NCBI RefSeq assembly: GCF_036321535.1
Contig: NC_087436.1
Location: 48,672,001 to 48,736,000, forward strand
Reading direction: 5' to 3'
DNA length: 64,000 bases
Source: Camelus dromedarius
Lineage: Eukaryota
The translations under genes and the position numbers were made by a program. A model generated the notes under the pieces. That model had not been told where the DNA came from. It did not search any database and saw only the letters and a program-made list of their open reading frames with translations. This document shows, in pieces, positions 24,257-37,700 of the stretch. Numbering within the stretch: the stretch's first letter is position 1; each line of letters begins with the position of its first letter.

Positions 24257-25625
24257 TGGCAAAAACAGCAGAAAATATTTTGATTACTTAATCAGAAATA
24301 ATGAAAAGCCTCAGGAATAAGTTGCCTTTTAAAAGTTATGTATATTTTCAATATAAAGGTAAAATTTACAGGGAGGAAACAGAGTTGGGGGTTCATAGAT
24401 CTTAGAATTCCAATCTTGTCCTGTTGCTTGAGTGTGTGTGTGAATCCCATTCTGACACATCCAGTGCCTCAAAGCATGGGACTTGCTCCCCATCCCATCC
24501 TGACACAGCAGCGCATAAGTTATGATCTAGGCCCCCCTAAATTTAAACTGATTTAAAAATGAGTGGGAGAATCTGTTTCAACAGAGCTTCCCCCCATGCT
24601 TTCCCTCACCCTGTTTCCATAAACAGAACCTTTTTTCTGAAACAACCAGAACTTTCATAAAGCTTCTTAAGATCACCAGAAAGGGCCATTATTGTTAGGG
24701 TAAAAGCTGTTGGTTTTAAAGTGGAGCCTGAAACAGTGAAGGTTTTATGGGTTAACTGCAGTTTCCTGTCAACCTGAATGGTCACTATCCTTTGTTGTGA
24801 TCAAACTCAAGGCCATTAAGAAATTCATCCCCTCACTACCACAAACTGACACCTCTTCCAATTTTCTCTGGCTGCCAATATAAGGTCATGGAACTAAATG
24901 ACATTCCACCGTGCATTTTTTAACTCAAGAGATCACAAGCTGCCTTTCCCTTGCAACTAGAGTCTGTAAATATTGGGAACACGTCACTACTTAATATCAA
25001 TAGCACATTTACACAAAACACAATACTACTAACAAGAGATTACGTGCCCACTCTACATAATCGTCTTTAAAAAGAAAAATACAGATAACAAGAATAAATG
25101 CATCTTGATATGTTATACACCCTTCTTTTATAAAATGAATGGCAGTAAAAGTCAGAGTTCAGGCCAGACCAGAACTAATAAGTGGAGAGGATAAACCAAT
25201 TTCACAAGCACATTGTACAACGTATCTTAGCAGAAGTCAATACTACTCGTGGTACAACACTGAACAGATAACAGAATGGCCATTTGCAGATTTCTTTTGA
25301 AAACTTCACCCATAATTTGCTGCAAGGAACAACACCTTGTAACTAGGATGAAGGGGGTATAGGTCACACTTGCCGAAGGCCTTCTTAAAAAGAGACATCG
25401 GCTGGAAGGTAACACCCAAAGATGGCTTTGGATGCTTCTACAGATGCCCCCTGTATTTCAAGGGGGGGTGTCACTGTTCATTGGGATTGCACAAAAGCAG
25501 GCCAGCAAGATGTGGGTCACCAAGCAGACTTTCTCCTGACCCACTCTTCTAGGCCTGATAAGAGGGAGGAGAGGACAGGTGGTGAAGATTGGAAAAAGAA
25601 GAGGGAGCAACATGGGGGTTCATGG

Positions 25626-25736
25626 CTAGTTCTGGAGTTGCTCGCGTTCTTCAGAGCACTGGCCTTTTTTCAAGCTCACATCATCCAATCCAATCTCCCC
25701 CGTGTGACCACGCCTTTTTTCACCTTTGAAGATGAC
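25626..25736 (-). CDS. NPNT: NPNT exon 12 coding part (MAM C-terminus and stop)
   Basis: ctctccctag|GTC ATC TTC AAA GGT ...; [36 protein letters not shown]. Confidence 0.95.
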   Translation of the reverse strand, partial: VIFKGEKRRGHTGEIGLDDVSLKKGQCSEEREQLQN

Positions 25737-28700
25737 CTAGGGAGAGAACGCACACACCAGTCAAGCCTCCTCTACCCCTTCCCAATGCCCGCTCATTTAG
25801 CAAAACAAACGCAAACTTTCCCCAAAACTGAACAGTAAACTTACTTAACAGAAGGAAAGACTAGAACAGAGGTGCCAGTGTCACCTGAGGCTTGCCTTTT
25901 GGTAGAAATTTTAGTCATCAGTAAATTGTTAACTGGACCACATTACCCAAAATCAGTTACACTTTAAAAAGCTATTCTAAATGATAGACTGCCTCCATTT
26001 AGGAATGATTAGGAACTGGACACTTCTGTCAAAGATTTCCCAAAGACAGAAGAGTGTGATGGGTCATAAAAGGCAAGAAATTAGGAGCCAAAGATCTGAA
26101 AGATCATAATCATGCAGCCTCTTAGAGGTTTTCTAGTCCCTCCTCCGGGTTAATTTAATTTAGCTTTGATGCCTAAAATGGAATAGAACCAAACACCCCA
26201 GTTCCATTTGTTTCACTTATGTAAAGAGCAAAACCTTTCTTGTATTTTATCTTCTGTACAGCATCCTTGCTCCTTTGAGAACAGAAACCTATGTTATGCT
26301 GTGAAACAATGTTTTGTTTCTCCAAATGATATAAATATTAAGAAAAATTTTAAGAGAAAAACAGTAAAACAAAATCCAAGACTCTGATAAAAGCTGTCTT
26401 AATGGAGTCTAACCTTTCTTTTACCTATACCTATACCAGTTTTGTAAGTATTGACATAAAGAAAACAGTTTTTCCAAATATATTCACTATTTCAGTGGGT
26501 TGTTATAGATCATTTTACTTCTACCTATGACTAATTAGTTAAGATAAAGTTTATATATTCAATCAAAGTTTTCCCCACATCCTGTCCTGAATAGAATAAT
26601 ATTTTCCAAACATACTGTTCTGGTTCCCACCCAAGGCTGCTTAACTATGATCTCTGAGGCAAAGGGGGGAAAAAAAAGACTTTAAAGAAACATTTCAGAA
26701 AAGAAAGAAAAAACACTTGAGGGTAACTCATGGTGGTCAAAGTTTGAAGTATAAGCAGTTTAAGGAAAAGCAGGTAGTTAAGCCCACCGTCGCCCTTCGA
26801 CGTTTCTTCTGATTAACTTTTCCACCTTTTCAACCGCTAAAATTTGTCATTAAAAAGAGGGGATTTTCACCAGGGTGGGGAGAGCGGAGGTGGTCCTGGT
26901 TGCGATGGAGAACGGACGAAGGAGAAAAGGGACTACAGAAAGAGGCAACGCACAGGGTCCCCACGCCCACAAAAAGCACGAGCTGAGCTTTGGGCCTGAA
27001 CGAACGGACAGCAAAGGCTTCCGACGCCGACCCCAGAGCCGTCCTCGGAAAGGAAACCTCCCAGGTCCTGCCTCCTCGGCGGGTCTACTTACGCTCTTGA
27101 CGTCTGCCCCTCGCAAGGTGATGTGCGTTTGCCTCCAGCCATGGCCACCATTTCTTCCCCACAGGGCTGCTCCGTGGGCCCCGTGTTTCCGCACAAACAC
27201 CTGGAGCGTGCCGGAGCGCAGCCCCGCCACCTTGTGCCTGAACGACAGGCATAGGTCCCCTGAGTGCAGGCGGTGGCCGAGAGGGAGCACCAAGCGCGCG
27301 GCTTTCCCCGCGGGGCCCTTGGCTGCCGAGACTGTCAGATACTGTCCACCTGCAGGGGGAAGAGCAGGGCCTGTGTGGGCGAGCCCCGCGGCCCGGCCCC
27401 GCCGGCCGGCCGCGGCTTCTCCTTCTCTTGTTTCCACAGACTGTGCCGGCCATTTGTAAAGAATTCCAGATTTTTGAAGGAGAAACACAGGACTTATATC
27501 TATGGCTGTCTTAAATTCTATGGTTTTATATTTACAGAAAACACTCACTCCCTTTGCTCAGGGGGAATACAGATTCTGCCAAGGACACACAATGATTAGC
27601 GGTCCTAACACTATGCCTGTTACCAGCTACATACGATCAGACACACCCAGGCGTGCACACAGTCGCTGCCTCTGGATCCTCACGCATCTGTGATTGCCCT
27701 GTCGCGCTGGCTGGCTGGTAGGGTGGTTGGCTTAAGTTGCCAGGGAGACGTTTCTAGGTGGATTTCCTACCTCCAGACAGTAGGGCAGATGATGATTTAA
27801 AGGAGGCACTAGACCTGTTTATTCTCTCCCCTCCCCACTTAAAAAAAAAAATCTCTAAAGAGAAACGAGTCCTTTAAAAATGAGTTGGCTGTGCTTCTCA
27901 CACCTAACTCCAAGATGCAGAAATGCTCTGGAAACCCATCACATCTTCCCTGCAGCATCCATTTGCTTTGAAAGTAGTTTAAAACGTTTTATATAAAAAC
28001 AAATCCATAACAATATAATGAAAGTAATATATCAATTTTCTATTACATATACATGAACACAAAAAGTTAATAAAAACTGTCCCTTTGGGAAGGTCACTTT
28101 GATAATGCCTTAGATTCCTAGGGCTATAGACTTGCTTCCCTCAATTGTTAGAGGAACTGCAGTTAAGGGGGAAAAAAGTTTGAGCAGCAGTGAAGTGGGG
28201 GGTGCTGCTTCTCAGGAGAGGGCAAGTGGCAAGTTGTATTTTGAAGCTCAATTCATGTACAAAGGCTGTGCCCCTCAGCCTGTTTTATTGCAGCCAACTG
28301 AAAAACACAGTTTCAACACTGACTTAGCTAAAGGAAAATGTGGTTGGAATGCTCAACACGTGTATCTGTTTTGGTAGAAAACCTGCCTATTTTTCATTGG
28401 AAAGATAAACCATCATTTCTTGTGCTTAATCTGTACTGGACATGACAAGGTTTGGGATGTCCTACTCTTCAAGTGACTTCTCCTCTACCAAGTCCCCTCT
28501 GAGTCTTCAAAGGACCAGTCAGATGGTATGTGTATCTGTGATGCACCAGGTTCTATGCGAGTGCTCTGCGGGGAGCGTCTCATTTAGCCCTACTAACAAG
28601 CCTTTGAAGTGAACACTTGTTAGCTTCTGCATCTGCAAAACAAGACTAAGGCTTTGAGAGGTGAAGTCACCCAAGGTGTCACCCGGCCAGTGAGTGGCAG

Positions 28701-31700
28701 AGTAACAATTTGAGTTCAGAACTGCCTGAACCCCTATTCAGCACAAGAATCACTGGTTTACACGTCTCTCCCCCAGAAGACTGTCAACTCTTTGATATCA
28801 GAACCAAAGTTTCCTCCAAACCACCCCATTACATCCTAGTATATGGTAGGAGTTTAATGCCATTTGTTGAATAAATGATGTTCCAAGAATACAATAAAAA
28901 CTACAGAGAAATAATTCCCTGAGTCATGTACTTGATTCATCAAAAACACATTTTTTTAACATTCCTTCTGCCCCCGTGTTCCCCATATTAATCCAAAGGA
29001 TATTTTGAGCCAAAATATTTACATGGCTTTTAAATGTCTTCCCACAAGTCAGCTTTTGAATCATCATAGGTATTTTGGTTAAGACTAAGATATAAGGCCA
29101 TTATAGTTAACCTGCAAATTTTAAGGAAACAAGGATTACCTTAAGTCCCCATGGAATGTATACTAACATCACTATGCAGATGCTGCTTGCAAACAAGACA
29201 ACCTAACAAAAACCAAGGCATCCTAATAAAGGAGTCAATAGACTCTTGTGTAGATATTTAAAATTCTATAAATGAGGCTACAATTATTTTTCCCCTATAG
29301 AGCTACTCTGTGGCCATCAAGGTTTTTGTTGTTTTACCCTGAAGAACTCCTTCCATTTTTAATAAATGGAAATATTACAAAGTGGGAACAGTAGCTAAGC
29401 GAAAAACTGATCTACCACTCCAAACAAATCATCTGTTAAAGAAAAATTTCACTTCTGATTCCAAAATACTGCTTAAATATAAAATTACATGAAATATTTT
29501 CATGGTTTCAGTTTAAAACATCATAATATTTAAAGCTTTGGGGGGGGGGCAGTTTGGGTAAATAATAAATGCTGCAAACCTGCCAGAAACATAGATGATA
29601 AAATTTTAATTTCCTTATTTTTAATTCTATACTTGTTCATGCCTTTACAATTTCAATTTACAAATATTACCATCCATTACTTTTCCTATTACCTGTATGG
29701 TCAAAAAGTGAGAGGAAATGGTTTTATTTATATACATATTTTTTGCCTAGCTGAGAAACCCATCCAGGTAGAACTAAGATAATTATGGTTTGCTGAGATT
29801 TATCCCTAAAATACAAATAGCTTCATTTTTTTCTAATAAAAGAAGCAGTGGATGCCTATTGCAGAAAATATATCTATAAGAGCATAAAGAAAATTTAAAC
29901 ATAATGCTAAACCCGAAGAGAGATACTAACATTTTGACTTCTGGACTTTTCTTATATTCTTATGTAAATACATGCACACAAATGCACATGAATATGAACG
30001 TTTTTGCAGCTTTTATATTCAATGAAAAAAGCAAGTTATATTACAGCCATTTTTTATGTCAACAAATATTTTTCATAGATGCAAGTGTATCAATAATTTG
30101 GCCAATTTCTTATTGAAGAACATTTAAGTTGCTTCTAAATGTTCATCTTAAGATAAAAATATCATAAAATATTAAGATAAGCAAAAAATTAAATATCGGC
30201 AACGTCAAAAAAGGCTGAGTTTCCTTTTTACATAAGGACCTTTTACAAATCAAGAATAAGAACACAAAGGAAAAATAAAGGGCATTACAGGAAAATAAAG
30301 ACTTAAATAAATGAAAAGATGGTTAACTTTTCTCACTGAAAGAAATGCAAATTAAAAGTGAGATGCCTTGTCACCTATAAGCTTGACAAAGATGAAAAAA
30401 AAAAAGATCTGTGTTAGGGATGGTTCTAAATATTGTTGGTGTGAGCATAAACTGCTTCACTCCTTTTGAAGGGCATTTTAGTAAAATCTACCCAAATTCA
30501 AACTGCAAATTCCCTTTGACCCAGAAAATTTACATGTAGAAATTTATCCTAACGATACATTCAAACATACATGAAATGACATCTGTACAAAGTTACTTAC
30601 TACAGCATTGTATGAACTACCAGAAGACTGGAAACAACTGAAATGTTCCTCAGTGGACGGCAGGTTAAACACATGGAAGGAGTGAGGGAGTAACTAACTG
30701 CCATTAGTAAGAATGAGGGTGTTCTGCGCATACTGATACACGGCAGTCTTCAACCACAATAACTAATACTATTCTGATGGTAACTCTGGGCCCAGGACTG
30801 CTTTAAATGCTTTACATATGTAGACACTACTGATTACCCCATTTAAGTAAACCTGCTCGAGATCAAAGCTCATCAGTGGTGGTGCCGGGTTTCAGCCCAG
30901 GCATCCTGGCTTCAGAGTCCACACTCACATTAACTCTTAAGATAATGTGGTTAAGTGACAGAAGGTACTGAAGGGGGGGCTGGTGTGTGGAAAAATCTAA
31001 CTCCAGAAAGATAACCAAGAAGCTGGTTGCATCCGGGTAGGATGACTGGGAGCCAGGGTTGGGAGGGAGCTTTCATTTTCCCTGTTGATTTATTTGTCCA
31101 TTTACATGTATTCGAAAGTGATGTATTTTAATGCTGCAGTGGACATACTTGTAGGTACATGCTGGCATACTTGTCTTATATTTAAATGAATTGCTTGTGG
31201 CTATGGGTAGCAGAAAGAGTGCTGAGTCAGTTGCCTTTAACTCTTGATCCCCAGGGATTAGGGTTCCAGGAAAAGGGTCTCAACTTTGGCCTCGAAGCTG
31301 CAGGAGAAGGGCGTGTGTTCAGGGCCACAGTTGTAAGCCTGTAGCACACACCACATCTGTCTGCAGCACAACTTTCCATTCCCTAGAGGATGGATTAATT
31401 TCACCTTCTCACAATTAAGTTCAAGACTGAATGTGATGATAAACAAAACCTAACGAGCACCAGGAAGGAGGGAGAGCAAATGCACTTGTTTCTCCAAATT
31501 GTAAGTTTGTTTAACTGAGAGTTTTCTTAGAGGTATTAGCATATAAGAATATTTGCAAATCTGGATCTTAGATAAGAAATGCACAACATAAAAATCAATC
31601 AGAATCGTGGAAATCCAAACATACATTCCTTTACAAATGGTATAATCTAGAGAGAAACAAGCAATTAGTTTGGTCACTAGAATAATATGCAAAAATAATT

Positions 31701-34700
31701 TATTACATGGCTTATAGTCTTCCCTGGCCTTCATATGTGATACACATACACAACCCCACCTGAACTCCCTAGAAGAAAAACAGGCACGGAAAAGTAAGCT
31801 TCATCAGCACTTCCCATCTGTATGTGTTAGAATCTGTATATGGTTAGAATTTCCTGACATATTCTAAAAAGCCCACCTGCAGTTCCACCTTGACATATGC
31901 TATGCTGTGCCCCTCCTCCTATCCCTTCTTCCAACTCTCTGCCATATTTGGTCTTTCCACCCATTTTCTAAGCCAGAACCCTGCTGCCTGATCTCCTCGG
32001 ATTACCTGGGACATTTCATTCTGAATCATAGGCTCCCAGAGCCAGTGTAAGAGATCTGTTAATCTGACTTTTGTCTAATTCTCAAAACAGCACCTTGTCA
32101 TGTCGTCCAGTCAAACGGCTCCACCGAGCCCCGTGCTCCTCTATCAGCCTGATTTCTCTCTAGACAGCTCTATGGAGATGTTCTAAGAGTGACAAAAATC
32201 CATCCCCCTGTAGTTTTCACCTACTGAACCAACTTCTCATCCCCTGGTAGTGACAGAACAACTGAGATAGATTTGTTGGCCATGCATCTGAAAAGCTGCC
32301 CTGCTCCAATATTTCTTCTCCAGGTTGAAACTGCTGGGCTCCTCACTCGTTTTCTACAGGCTTTGAGATACCTCTCCAGCCAGAGCATTTTATTCCTAGT
32401 GCCTATAATTACTTTTATTCTTCTCAGACAGTAAAGAACACCCCAAAGGGTATTTTCCATTCTTGAAAAACATATCTATTTCTATTTAAATGTCCCAACT
32501 TTTTGGCTGCAACAACACAGGGTTGATTTCATGACCCACTAAAACGCTGAAGTCTTTCACACTTAACTGCTGAATCACATCTTTGACCTCCCACGGTTGT
32601 GTAGGTGGTTTCTAGACCACGAGCTACACCTTGTATTCATCCCCATTAGATTTCAGCCTGTTAAGTGTGACCTACTGATCTAATCTTCTGGTTGCTGGCT
32701 GTATCAGCACACACAGCCACTGTCTCCTCTGCCTTAAGTCATCCGCAGACTGGTTAGTATGCCTCCAATATCCAGTTCATCCAAGTTGTTAGTAAAGACC
32801 TGGAGCAACCCCAGAAGAGCATCCTGGGAACCAGAGCCAATCACCAGGAGCTGCCCTATCACCCAAGCAGCCACCACTTCCTTTCAGCTTGTTCTGTATT
32901 ATCACAGCCAGACGACCATTTCAAACCTTTTTTTGTCAACCATTCTAATTGCCAGTCCTCTTCTCATTTTTCTATCAGAGGGCAAGTGGATTTGGGGTCA
33001 CAACAAATTTCAACATTTACATATGTGATGAATAATAAAAAGTGTTGAAAATTACTAAAAAATGGTATTTAAATTCTAAAAATCAATTGTTTTACATAGA
33101 CTGTCCACATAGAAGTGCAATGAATTCTTCTGAGCTTAGCATGAGTCACTCTCCCCAGTGTGCCTCACCTGAAAGAATGATTCATTATGACCACGAACAT
33201 TATTCCCCACTGCATTACACAGGGTTGCTACAGGACCTCCCTCCCCTAGTGAGCTGCTCCAGGTCAGCCGTCACTCAACTCCACAGGCCTGAGATCTGCT
33301 AATCGGATCGTGCACACCGCCCCCGGACGTGGGGGCCAGATGGTGAGTGCGGAAAACCCCAGAATAAGGCTGCAGCTGTCTGGGTATTGAACCGCCAAGG
33401 TGGCTGCGCGGGCAGCGCAGAGAGGCCTGGACGCGAAGTCCATTCTTTAGCTGTGCGGCCTCAGGAAGCTGATGTAAGTTCTGGGCCTTTGTGAAATGAA
33501 AACAGTATTACCTGTTTCACAGGGTGAATAAGAAGATTAAATAAAACTGAGATAATGAATGAGTCATAACTATAGTAGCTATTAAACAACTATTCACAGA
33601 TATCGGTGACATTTATAATAATGTCCTGCTCGGAGTTAATTTTAAGTAAGTGAGAAGGTAAACACGAAAGTGAGAATGAGAGGGACTGTCCCGGCGTGTG
33701 TGTGGCGTGAAAAATCATTTTCTAGCTCAAAGAAATCTAAAACCCCATTTGAATTTATTGGATATTCATTTTTTAAAAGCTTACCTCCCATTTTCATTTT
33801 TTAATATCTCTAACAGTTCAATCTTAGGGGATCTAATAAATACATTTTTGCACTAATCCTTTAATACCTTGCTACTCAAAATGTGCATCAGGGAGTAATA
33901 CCAAAATTATCCCCCAGGAACGTGTGAGAAACACATCAAGATGTCCATTTCAACAAGGCCCCGGCTGGTCTGTACGCGCCCGGGAAGTTGAGAAGAACTG
34001 GCTTAGAGCACATCCTCTCTCAGGTTAACTGTACGTGCTCTGTGCTCGCTGTGCCTGGGATGGCACTTAGGAACTAGGCTTTTGAAACAAGTAACATACT
34101 TCTTCTTCATGTCTTGTATCTTTCATCCTTGAGTCTAGAATCAGGAGTATAGAAAGGCAAAAAAAAAAGAAACCAAACTCCTCAGCTGTCCATTAAGTTG
34201 GCCTCACCCATAAAAGATTTAACTACTAAAGGGAGGGAAAAAAAAAACAAACCAACAGCAGTATGTAGCTTTGCTTCCTGAAACAAGACAATAAAATGTC
34301 TTAAAAGCCCTGAAAACTTTGGATTAATAGGATGTGTGCAATTTAAGTCTGTTAATTTTCCAAGGGCCTATATTTAAATCTACCTCTCTAATAACATTCT
34401 CGTGTGGAATAAGTGGTGGTAATTTGTAACTAATTTCTCCAGCATCCAAATCAGACTGGTTTTTTTCAGAGAGATTCACAATCTCACAGAAATTTCCACT
34501 GTCTCCTTCTACTGACTGCATCTTAAAAAAATAAAAACGACATCATCGAGAAAACAAGGGGCTACTGTGATGGCTGCTGTCCTACTGTATTACTTCTTCG
34601 ACACCTGGGAATGGGGCACTGCAAATAACTTGAAGATTATATGTTAGGATGAATCTATACATTTTATGTTCACCAAAGTTTTTTTTTTTGAAAGAAATTA

Positions 34701-37700
34701 GCTGGACTTTTAATAAACTGCTTGTCATCTTATAATTCTAATTGATAGCTAACAAATTCAGTTTTCCCTGAAAAAATGGAAGATGGATGCTGGACAAGCT
34801 GTCTTTACCCTCTTATTAAGTCGACATAGAGCTGTGTCCCAGTATACCTGATCAGCAGAACTGGGGGCCTCAGATGGGCTCCAACTGAAATATGTTGGGT
34901 GAGATGAATGGTCTTACCTGCTGGATCCCTCACTGGTTCCCAGTGCAGGTCACTGTCTTTTTCCCGGATCCATCCACAAAGCCCATGGTCAAAATTACAA
35001 CTGTGTATCAAAACACCTGCAAGGAAGTGACCAGAAAGATAAGTAGACCATTGACCCGACAGCTAACAACAAAAATGAATTTGTGAACCAGAGCTGTCTG
35101 TACAGCAAGTGCTCTCTCCTATCCACACTCAGCAATCCTGCCAGAACACCTCCGTGAGGTCAGAAGGAAATCACAATACCTTCTCTCAGCACAATTGTGC
35201 ACATGTGCTCAGCTGTAATAACAGAACACATGAATGGTGCCAAATGATGACCTTGTTACATCATCACTTATACAATATGATTTCCTCCTCAGTTTAAATG
35301 CTGCTTTAATATTTTTTTTAAAAAAAGAATATAGTGATGAGTCACCATTTTTCCTCAACTGACTTAACTATAGAGGAAATTAAGTTGTAAAAAAATGTAT
35401 AATTTTCCCAGCTGTAATCAAACAATCTACAAAGTTTTTTTCATGAAATAAAGGGAAAAAATAAAATGTCATTAAAACGGCACTACGAATGCAGGTATCT
35501 ACCTGGATCATCCTTTGCTTCATCATCTGCACTGACTCCTCTTTCAATTTCAAATATTTCAAACAAGTCATTTGAAGGCTGCCGTGGGACTGCAAGAGAG
35601 AGAGGAGTTTTGTTTTGCTGTGATGAGGTATTGACAACAAGGCATTGCCTTTAACAGTGGGGCAGGGGCAAGACCTAGGCATTTCACTCATCTTGGAAGA
35701 ATCCAAAACATTCAATTACAGTTCACATGAAAATTCATGAAGTTTGTTCTGCAGAGATGTACACTGTAACATTTATCTGGGTAAAATTTTTTAAAAATGA
35801 TTTTCAAAAGTTTCTAAAATTCAACATAAAATACATTCAAAATTCTATCTGGAAAATACATTTTTAAACAGCTTCCAATTTCTAGCAAGATATCTCTATG
35901 AAATTCTAAAATGTGTTTCTATGGAAGATACATTATGAACTCTGAGGCTGTTTTATTGGAAAAATGCTTCAATTGCAGTGAATAGTTCGATTTTCTAACC
36001 ACAGCATCCACCCTCTCCAGTGAACTCTTGTCTGTCCCTGTCACACTCTAAGCTGTATTTCCTACCATAGCCTCTTGGGGCTCAAGCAGGTTCCCTGGCT
36101 CCTTTACAGTCAGATCCAGGTGGGTGTAGAGCTCAGTGGCAGAGCACATGCTTAGCATGCACAAGGTCCTGGGTTCAATTCCCTGTACCTCCATTAACAA
36201 CAACAACAAAGAACTAAATAAATAAATAAAAGCTTAAAAAAAAATCAAATCCAAACTCCTAGACACAGCCTTCACAATCCAACCCCCAAAACACACAGGA
36301 CTGTCCAAACATGCCATTCATTTTTCACATCTCTGACCCCATCCCCAGCTTGGGATGCTCTTGTTCCTGCTAATTAACCTGCTAAACTTCCTCTCCCCAT
36401 TCAAGGCTCAGCATAAATAGCACTCCCAGGGCAGAAATGTTCATGTTCCAGGCGAATTAAATTCTTCCCCACTTCCAAGGCTCATGTTTACATGCCTCTA
36501 TTACACTCATTCATAAAGAATTACAGTTACTTACACGTATGCGTGTCTGTCCCTCTGCTGGCCTGCAAGGTCTCAGAGGGCATCAGTCATGCCTTATTCA
36601 TGGGGCGTTTCCAGCGCCTGACCTAGTGACAGGCACTCACTAAGTGTTTACTAAACAAGTGGGAAGAGCTTGTCAGAAACCCATGTACTTTGTCAACCCT
36701 TTTCCTCAAATGAAACAAGTGGCACAGAGCTTTAGAATACACTTTAAAAGAAAATGGATTCACATGAATCTACAGTTAGTTACTCATTCAAAGCAGATCT
36801 GATTGCCACCCTACACCAAGTGCTGGGGTAGGTCCCGAGGAGAGAGGGTGAAAGCGTGAACAAGACCAGCAAGGACCTGGTCCTGTGAACACCACACCTC
36901 TAAATTCTGATGTGGGCTAGGACGGAAAAACACCAGATGATGTCAGGGAGAGTGACTGGGTTGGAGGTGGGGAGTGTGTGAAAATGTTGCTGGTGGGGAG
37001 GGGAATTCTTGGCCCATGACCAGGGAATCCTCCCTTTTCTTTGCCAGAACTTAATTAGCTCTATTTTTATAAGGCAGGGAGTAAAAGATGTGGAACACCA
37101 AGGAACAGACATTGGCCAAAAGGGTTCCTTTTCAACCATGTTCCAATTATTTTTAGCAAGAATTTTTTACATTAGGTAACAATCCTATAGTATTTGCACT
37201 GATTTATTTTTAGCTTACTACTTTAAAATTTCTTTCCTTTTTGTTTCCAAAGTCCGAACAGTGATGCCCCTTCTTCTCCTACCACCTCCCGCTACCCCTG
37301 CCACTCACATTTACACATACACACAGCCTGAGACAAGGGAAGAAAAGCTGGTCAGTGGACGAGATCTGGGGACGCTACCTGATCACAGGTGCCCTGGGGG
37401 AGGCAACTGGCCACTCTCTTTTACACCCAGATAACTGACAACCATCACATCTAATTCCAGCTCTCCTTTTCCCATTTGGGCCTCTGAGGGGTAGACTGCC
37501 TCTTGTTCATTAGAAATATAAAGTTGCAGGCAAGCATGCTTCATTTCTCATGACGAAGAGGAAGTTTAAAAGAAAAAAACAAAACCGCAAACCTAAAGAA
37601 CAATCACTTTTTTACTCCCTTCTCTTGGGGTAACTTACACAAATTATCTCTGGATTGGAATAGCTCAAGTCTTACAGTGCCCTATTTTAGGGGCATTAGG

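Larger units (their letters stand above)
22940..25625 (-). other. NPNT: NPNT 3'UTR (~2.7 kb; 3' end approximate)
   Basis: Follows the TAG stop, AU-rich, largely free of young repeats, ends after two AATAAA hexamers followed by T-rich sequence on the minus strand. Confidence 0.75.

Noticed and set aside
26875..27459. 194-aa plus-strand ORF
   Set aside because: Antisense shadow of a GC-rich exon with no recognisable domain; stops are rare at this GC content.
26850..27548. 232-aa ORF as a stand-alone gene
   Set aside because: Only 27093-27349 is MAM-like and bounded by AG/GT; the flanks are intronic read-through in GC-rich DNA.
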